NCBI RefSeq assembly: GCF_013815995.1
Contig: NZ_JACDFE010000001.1
Coordinates: 1 to 61,654, forward strand
Direction: 5' to 3'
Origin: Sporichthya sp.
GTDB lineage: Bacteria; Actinomycetota; Actinomycetes; Sporichthyales; Sporichthyaceae
DNA length: 61,654 bases
Shown here: piece by piece, positions 55,955 through 61,654 of the stretch
How positions within the stretch are numbered: the first letter of the stretch is position 1
Layout of the letters: every line of letters begins with the position of its first letter
Program-made: the position numbers and the translations under genes
Notes under the pieces: model-generated
Seen by the model: only the letters and a program-made list of their open reading frames with translations
The model's database searches: none
What the model was told of the DNA's origin: nothing

Positions 55955-56706
55955 GGGGCGCCCTCCTCACTCGGCCGGGCGGGCCGTTCGTTGAAGCGCT
56001 GGTTCTGGAGCAGCAGGTGTTCCCCACGGCTGTGTTGGAGCCCGTCGAAGATCAGCCGCTTCATGATGCGCAGCGACCACGGCGAGTTCTCGGCGATCTG
56101 TTCGGCCAGGGCGCGCGTGAAGTCCAGGAGGTCTGCTTCGGGACGCACATCGTTGACCAGCCCGAGCTCAAGAGCCTCGGGGGCCAGGACCTTACGGCCC
56201 GTGTAGTAGAGCTCCGCCGCCTTCGACCAACCGATCAGCCGCGGCAGCAGCCACGTGCCGGTGCCGGTGTCGCTGATGATCCCCAACTTGGCGAACGGTG
56301 CCACGAACTTTGCATCCTCGCTTGCGATCCGGATATCAGCCTGGAGCGCGAGCTCCAGGCCGAATCCAACGGCGGCCCCGCGGATCATCGCGATCACCGG
56401 CTGCCGCATTCCGGCCAAAGTCCAATCGGCGGGTGCCCCCGGCAGCAGCGCCCCGCCACCCAGGGGCACCCTCCGATCGGCCGCCGGCTGCCCCTGGGAG
56501 ACGTCGGCACCTGCGCAGAAGGCGCGACCCGCACCTTGGATCACCACCACGTGGACGTCGTCGCGATCAGACAAAGCCCGAGCAGCGACGTTGAGTTCCG
56601 CGACGCGGGCTCGGGTGACCGGATTCAGACGCTCCGGGTCGTTGAGGGTGAGCCAGCCGATCGGACCATCGACCGTGGTGAGGACATATGGCTCGTCGCT
56701 CACCAT
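55951..56706 (-). CDS. Enoyl-CoA hydratase/isomerase
   Basis: AFCAGAD and GAAVGFGLELALQADIRIA motifs. Confidence 0.9.
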   Translation of the reverse strand: MVSDEPYVLTTVDGPIGWLTLNDPERLNPVTRARVAELNVAARALSDRDDVHVVVIQGAGRAFCAGADVSQGQPAADRRVPLGGGALLPGAPADWTLAGMRQPVIAMIRGAAVGFGLELALQADIRIASEDAKFVAPFAKLGIISDTGTGTWLLPRLIGWSKAAELYYTGRKVLAPEALELGLVNDVRPEADLLDFTRALAEQIAENSPWSLRIMKRLIFDGLQHSRGEHLLLQNQRFNERPARPSEEGAP

Positions 56707-56756
56707 CGGCCCGCAACCACGTGGAACCCCAGCACGATGCCTCCTACGGTATCTAT

Positions 56757-56770
56757 TTCTGTAGACAGAA
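56757..56770. promoter_or_regulatory. Palindromic operator in a divergent promoter
   Basis: TTCTGT-AG-ACAGAA in an AT-rich intergenic region. Confidence 0.55.
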
Positions 56771-56817
56771 GCGTAATAGACTTACCGTGCGCTCCCAACC
56801 TCTGTAGGAGAGATCGC

Positions 56818-57849
56818 ATGCGCATCGGCCTGGCCCACGAGATGTCGAACCCCGCGATCGCCGCCCGACCATGGTCGGAGCTGTGGGAGGACCACTTGTG
56901 GTTGCTGTGCGAGAGCGAACAGCTCGGATTCGACTTCGTGGCCGTCGAGGAGCACTTCTTCGCCCGCGACGGGCACGGGTCGGCGCCCATCGCGTTCGCG
57001 GCGTCTCTGATCCAGCGCACCAGCTCGATCCGGGTGGGGTCGTGGGCGAGCATCCTGCCGCTGCACCACCCGGCCTTGCTTGCGCAGGAGTGGTGCATCC
57101 TCGACCAGCTCAGCGGCGGGCGGACGTTCATCACCGTCGCGCCCGGCTACCGCCAGCACGAGTACCGCGCCTTCGGCCTGAATCCCCGCACCCGGCCGTC
57201 GCGCATGGAGGAGGGCTTCGAACTGCTGACCAGGGCCCTCACCGAGCGGGTGGTGACCCACCACGGCAAGTACTGGGACGTCGAGGACCTGGAGATGCAA
57301 CCCCCGCCGCTGCAGGACCCTTATCCCGTCTGGGGCGCCGCCGCCTCGATCCCCGCCGCGCAACGGGCCGCACGGCACAAGGCGCACCTGGCTGCGACCT
57401 CGGCGGACCCCGCCGTGTACGCCGCCTACGTCGAGGAGTTGCGCGCCCAGGGCGAGGACCCGGCCCGCTATCGCGTCTCGCTGCCCTTCTCGATCAACGT
57501 CACCCTGGAAGAGCCCGACGAGGTGTGGCGACGCAACCGGGACCTCGTCATGCACCGGTGGGCCGAGGCGGACAGTTACAGCGACCAGTACGGGGACGGC
57601 GCCTTCAACTTCGGCTACCGGGACAACCCCGACACCGAGGCCCGCTACCGGGCGAACGAACTGATCGGCAACCCAGACCAGGTGCTGTCAGTCCTCGACA
57701 GCATGCGCCTCAGCATCAACCTCTCCGACGTCGTCTGCATTTATCCGCCGCCCGGCGTCCCCCTGCGGAGCGAGGCCGCCGATTCGCTGCGGCTGCTGGC
57801 CAAGGAGGTGCTTCCGGTGATCCACGGGTGGCAGCAGGGGACCGCCTGA
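56818..57849 (+). CDS. LLM-class oxidoreductase
   Basis: GFDFVAVEEHFF, ILPLHHP and DQLSGGR motifs; AGGAG RBS. Confidence 0.88.
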   Translation: MRIGLAHEMSNPAIAARPWSELWEDHLWLLCESEQLGFDFVAVEEHFFARDGHGSAPIAFAASLIQRTSSIRVGSWASILPLHHPALLAQEWCILDQLSGGRTFITVAPGYRQHEYRAFGLNPRTRPSRMEEGFELLTRALTERVVTHHGKYWDVEDLEMQPPPLQDPYPVWGAAASIPAAQRAARHKAHLAATSADPAVYAAYVEELRAQGEDPARYRVSLPFSINVTLEEPDEVWRRNRDLVMHRWAEADSYSDQYGDGAFNFGYRDNPDTEARYRANELIGNPDQVLSVLDSMRLSINLSDVVCIYPPPGVPLRSEAADSLRLLAKEVLPVIHGWQQGTA

Positions 57850-58280
57850 TGGGCGCGTACGGAAGCCAGGGACAACGGGCGGCGCAGCCGTTCCAGATGG
57901 TCGTCGAACTCGGCAAGGCGCGCGAGTTCGCCCGGGCCGTCGACCATCCCGACCCGATCGAGCCTTGCGGCCCCGTCCCGATCACGTTCCTGCAATCCAT
58001 GGCGTTCTGGGCCGGGCCCGAGTGCTCCGTTTGGCCACCCCACCGCGACCTGTCCCGGACGCTGCACGGGCAGCAGGAGTTCGTCTTCCACGGCGGCCCG
58101 ATCCGAGTGGGCGAGGAGCTCACCGGTCTGCGGCGCGTGGACAAGACCTGGACCAAGGAAGGCAAGCGCGGCGGCGTCATGGACTTCACGCAGGTCATCA
58201 CCGACTTCCGGGACAGGGGTGGGGCGCTGCGGGCCGAGGTCAGGACCGTGACGATCGAGACCGGGGAGCCGTCCGCGTGA
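57849..58280 (+). CDS. Hot-dog fold dehydratase partner (MaoC N-terminal/FAS1-like)
   Basis: VELGKAREFARA, LHGQQEF and KEGKRGG motifs. Confidence 0.85.
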   Translation: MGAYGSQGQRAAQPFQMVVELGKAREFARAVDHPDPIEPCGPVPITFLQSMAFWAGPECSVWPPHRDLSRTLHGQQEFVFHGGPIRVGEELTGLRRVDKTWTKEGKRGGVMDFTQVITDFRDRGGALRAEVRTVTIETGEPSA

Positions 58281-58672
58281 AACTTGGCGACAAGGGCCCC
58301 ACGCGAAGGGATCCGCCCCTGACCGTTGAACAGTTCGTGCGCTACCAGGGTGCGTCCGGCGACTTCAATCCCATGCACTACGACAGCGAGGCGGCCGTCG
58401 CCCGCGGCTTCCCGACGCCGTACGCGGTCGGGATGTTGACGGCCTCACGCCTCGCGTCGTGGCTGGGCGCGTGGGTGGGCGTCGAGAACGTACTGCGCTT
58501 CGCAGCTCAGTTCCGCGAGCAGTCCTGGCCCGGTGATGAGCTGACCTACGCAGGGGCCGTCACCTCTGTTGACGAAGATGCCAGGACCGCCGAGGTCGAG
58601 CTCACCTGCACCCGTCAGACCGGCGGCGTGCACGTCAAGGGAACTGCCACGATCGCCCTCAATCAGGGCTGA
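58277..58672 (+). CDS. MaoC-like dehydratase
   Basis: FVRYQGASGDFNPMHYD motif; GTGA coupling. Confidence 0.88.
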   Translation: MKLGDKGPTRRDPPLTVEQFVRYQGASGDFNPMHYDSEAAVARGFPTPYAVGMLTASRLASWLGAWVGVENVLRFAAQFREQSWPGDELTYAGAVTSVDEDARTAEVELTCTRQTGGVHVKGTATIALNQG

Positions 58673-58840
58673 GATGAGCCGTCGACACCGGCGCCGGCCG
58701 TCGGCATCTCCGGGTCCTCCTGGCAGGCGCGGATCGCCTCGCTCACCAGGTCATCGCCCAGGTTCTCTCGCTTGCGGTTGACGTGCTGAACTGAGTAGGC
58801 CCAGTACTCAGCCACCCCATCGACGAGCTCGTTCTCGCTC
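58663..58840 (-). pseudogene. Possible cytochrome P450 internal fragment
   Basis: YWAYSVQHVNRKRENLGDDLVSEAI resembles the P450 G/H-helix pattern R-x-x-P-x-D-D-L-x-S. Confidence 0.3.
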
Positions 58841-59293
58841 GCCCGCTGCCGTGAGCTCACCGTCGCGATCAATGCCCTACAGGCCGAGATCGGCGCCATC
58901 GTGCGCCGGATCGCCCCGGCCCTGCTCGCCGCCCCCGGTGCCGCGGGCCTGGGTGACGGCGATCATGGGCAGGGCGGTGTTGATCGCTCGGTGCCGCCGC
59001 GTTGAGCCGGACCCTCCCCATGATGACCGCCGCACCGAGGACCCCACAGCCGCCGGGGCCCACCGCTTCCGCAGCAAGGACGTTTACGCCCGCTTCACCG
59101 GCACCGCCCCGGTCCCGGTCTGGTCCGGCGCCACCCATCGACAAGGTCCAAGCCACCGGCAAGACCTGCGCCGAAGCCCTCCGCCGGCGCCTGTCCGACG
59201 CCGTGTTCGCCGCCCTCCGCGCCGACGAGATCCAGCACAACAGCAGGCTTCACACCAAGGCAGCGACGGCCTCAGCCGCGGCTGCTTGACATA
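58836..59293 (+). mobile_element. IS110-family transposase remnant (internally deleted)
   Basis: RCRELTVAINAL...APALLAAPG / FRSKDVYARFTGTAPVPVWSG / EALRRRLSDAVF; ends CTTGACATAG. Confidence 0.75.
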
Positions 59294-59561
59294 GGAGCGT
59301 CTACGGGCTTGGAACCGCAGCACCAGAGTGCACCGACGTCCGCGGGTGCCACGCCACCAGTGTGATCACGACAGGCCGCAGCAGCTACTGACGGACTGTC
59401 ACGGACACCCAGGGAGAACCGCGGAGGCTGGCGGAGCCCACCGGACAGACGCTAACATGACGGCACGTCAAATACCGACGCCAAGAACCCCGGCCACCAG
59501 CGACCTGCACCGGCCAGCCGCATTCACATCCAGCGGGCACGGTGAAGCAGAACGCAGACAC

Positions 59562-60510
59562 TTACTGACCCGTGAGTTCCCGTAACCGGGCGCGCGGCAG
59601 CTCCGGGCGGCAGCCCGGAGGGTCTTGACTGAGCCGGTTCCTTGGTCGGCGTGGGTGCTGACCGGGATGTCGGTGCTGGGTCAGCCGGCTTGGTCGAGGC
59701 TGACGGTGTGGCCGAGGCGTTCGAGTTGGGCGACCAGTCTGCGGGTCCGGACCGCCGGGTCGACTTCGCGGGGTGAACCAGTCCGGGCCGAGGTCGCGGT
59801 AGGGCTCGTCGCGTTCGAGCATCCAGTAGCCCGAGACCAGGATGGAGTGGGCCACCGCGACCGCGGCGCGTTTGGCCCCGCGGCGGGCGGCGAGCTGGCG
59901 GTACTGCGCCGCGAGGTAGGTGTTCTTCATCCGGGCGGCGGAGTGCGCGGACTCGACCAGCATCGAGGCCAGCCACTTGTTCCCGCGCCGGGTGCCCATC
60001 GACCAGGACTTCCCGGCCGATTCGTGCACCGCCGGCGCCAGCCCGGCCCAGGCGGCCAGGTGCGCGGGTGAGTGGAACTGGGACATGTCCGCACCGGTCT
60101 CGGCGATGAACACCTGCGCGGTCTTGAGCCCGACCCCCGGGATGGTCTGGAGCAGCTCGAACTGGTGCTGCCACGGCGTGATCTGTTCGGCGATCTGCGC
60201 GTCGGCCGCCTTGAGCGATGCCTCGACCTGCGCCAGGCGTTGCAGCATCCCGCCCACCAGCAGGCGGTGGTGGTCATCGAAGCGGCCGATCAGCGATTCG
60301 GCCAATTGCGGCTTCTTGTTCCGCAGGTTGGAGTAGGCCAGGTCCGCCATCGCATGCGGATCCGTCTCCCCCTCGACCAGCGCGGTGAGCATCGCCCGCG
60401 CGGAGGCGCCGGTGATGTTGGAGACCACCACCGAGAGCTTGATCGAGGCGTCCTCCAGCAGCTTCTCCACCCGGGTCGCTTCCCGGGTGCGGTCGCCCAT
60501 CAGCTGGACC
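59562..60510 (-). mobile_element. IS110-family element; transposase 3' portion, interrupted at 60511
   Basis: KLLEDASIKLS...LQTIPGVG...HLAAWAGLAP...ESAG...GNKWL...AVAHSIL...YRDLG. A frameshift near 59765 suggests the true stop is at 59681. The N-terminal RuvC-like domain is absent. Confidence 0.88.
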
Positions 60511-60594
60511 CGTTATGCCGAGGCCCGGGTTATGCCGAGGAGGCCGTCGGACGGCCGTGAGGGCTCGGTGTTCGGTCCGCGTAGCTCGGCATAA
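60511..60594. repeat. RIT element terminal repeat structure
   Basis: GTTATGCCGAGG at 60512-60523 and 60529-60540; inverted CTCGGCATAA at 60585-60594. Confidence 0.8.
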
Positions 60595-60652
60595 TCCAGG
60601 CGGCTTGTAGATCGTCTTCTCCACAACTGAGACCTGTGGAGAGGAGCTGATC

Positions 60653-61654
60653 ATGAGCAGATCTGGACGAGGCCATGTCGAGGGCCCGTTGGCTCCGTAC
60701 GGCGAAGGCTTCCGGGAGTCGCTGCTCGCGCGTGGTTACACCTGGGACTCGGCGGCGCATCTGGTTCATCTGATGGCGCACGTGAGCCGGTGGCTCGAGG
60801 CGCGCGGGCTGGACCCGCGTGAGTTGACTCCGGCGGTGGTCGAGGAGTTCCTGTGTGACCGCCGCGCGGCCGGCTACCGGCACCTGATCTCGGCTCGGGC
60901 GATGGCCGGGCTGGTGGAGTACCTGCGCGCCGCGGGTGTCCTCGCGGCGAGGGAACCGGCGGGCCCGAGCACGGAGCTTGATCGGCTGATCGTGCGCTAC
61001 GAGGAGTACCTGGCGCGGGAACGCGGTCTGGCCGCGGCGAGCATCCGCATGTATCTGCCGGTGGCGCGCCGGTTCCTGGCGCAGGTGTGCCTCGACGGTG
61101 TTGCCGTCTTCGACGGCGTGGGCGGGGCGAGGGTCACCGCGTTCGTCCGCGGGCAGTGCCAGGGCCGCTGCGTCGCGACGGCGAAGGTGACGGTGACCGG
61201 CCTGCGGTCGTTGTTGCGCTTCCTCTACCTCGACGGGCAGATGCCGGTCCTACTGAGCGCGGCGGCCCCTGGTGTCGCGTGCTGGCAGCTCGCGGCGCTA
61301 CCCGAGGCGCTCAGCGCCGCCGACGTGGCGCGCCTGCTCGAGGGCTGCGACCGCACCGGCGCGCTCGGCCGGCGCGACTTCGCGATCCTGACCGTGTTGG
61401 CCCGGCTGGGTCTTCGCGCCGGGGAGATCAGCGCCCTGGAGCTGGGCGATGTTCACTGGCGGGCCGGGGAGATCACGGTGCGCGGGAAGGGCGGTCGCCA
61501 GGACCTTCTCCCGCTGCCGGTTGAGGTCGGGGCGGCGGTGGCCGCGTGGCTGTGGTCCGGGCGCCCGGCCGGCACCGGATGCCCGGCGGTGTTCATCGGG
61601 GATCGCGCCCCGCACGGGCGCCTCGCCCCGACCGCGGTGTCCGCGGTCGTGCGG
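60653..61654 (+). CDS. Tyrosine recombinase, RitA-like (runs off the window end)
   Basis: Absent from the ORF track because it has no stop. Hand translation: GPLAPYGEGFRESLLARGY...YLARERGLA...RDFAILTVLARLGLRAGEI...VRGKGGRQDLLPLP; GAGGAG RBS. Confidence 0.88.
   Translation, partial: MSRSGRGHVEGPLAPYGEGFRESLLARGYTWDSAAHLVHLMAHVSRWLEARGLDPRELTPAVVEEFLCDRRAAGYRHLISARAMAGLVEYLRAAGVLAAREPAGPSTELDRLIVRYEEYLARERGLAAASIRMYLPVARRFLAQVCLDGVAVFDGVGGARVTAFVRGQCQGRCVATAKVTVTGLRSLLRFLYLDGQMPVLLSAAAPGVACWQLAALPEALSAADVARLLEGCDRTGALGRRDFAILTVLARLGLRAGEISALELGDVHWRAGEITVRGKGGRQDLLPLPVEVGAAVAAWLWSGRPAGTGCPAVFIGDRAPHGRLAPTAVSAVVR

Noticed and set aside
16689-58672. Secondary-metabolite biosynthetic cluster, or a named pathway (cholesterol, dit, paa)
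   Set aside because: There is no PKS/NRPS/terpene synthase/carrier protein and no recognisable kstD/hsa/ring-cleavage genes; the substrate cannot be assigned from sequence alone.

Overview
High-GC (roughly 70%) actinobacterial DNA in three zones. (1) 1-16.6 kb is an accessory/mobile zone. It holds a PAS histidine kinase between two stand-alone receivers, then five toxin-antitoxin-like modules, a class B penicillin-binding protein, a SWIM protein and mer/rhodanese remnants. It is punctuated by two displaced 3'-halves of tRNA-fMet (7404-7446 and 11124-11166), each followed by the same hairpin and 11-bp tandem repeats. These look like stacked att junctions with no integrase beside them. (2) 16.7-58.7 kb is a ~42 kb catabolic cluster for an unidentified hydrophobic or cyclic substrate. 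It encodes a P450 with ferredoxin, a Rieske oxygenase, three LLM enzymes, an HMGS-like/DUF35 fusion with thiolase, an Ltp2-like module, ACADs, ECHs, SDRs and ALDHs. It also has a split LIV-type ABC transporter with three unexplained accessory membrane/secreted genes. Two recurring operator-like motifs are visible, one probably for the TetR and one probably for the GntR. (3) 58.7-61.65 kb is nested mobile DNA: IS110 remnants, and an IS110 transposase interrupted by the left end and first tyrosine recombinase of a RIT element. Family calls come from motif recognition by eye; no database searches were run. Frameshifts cluster in zone 1 and at 52-53.5 kb and may be decay or assembly error.
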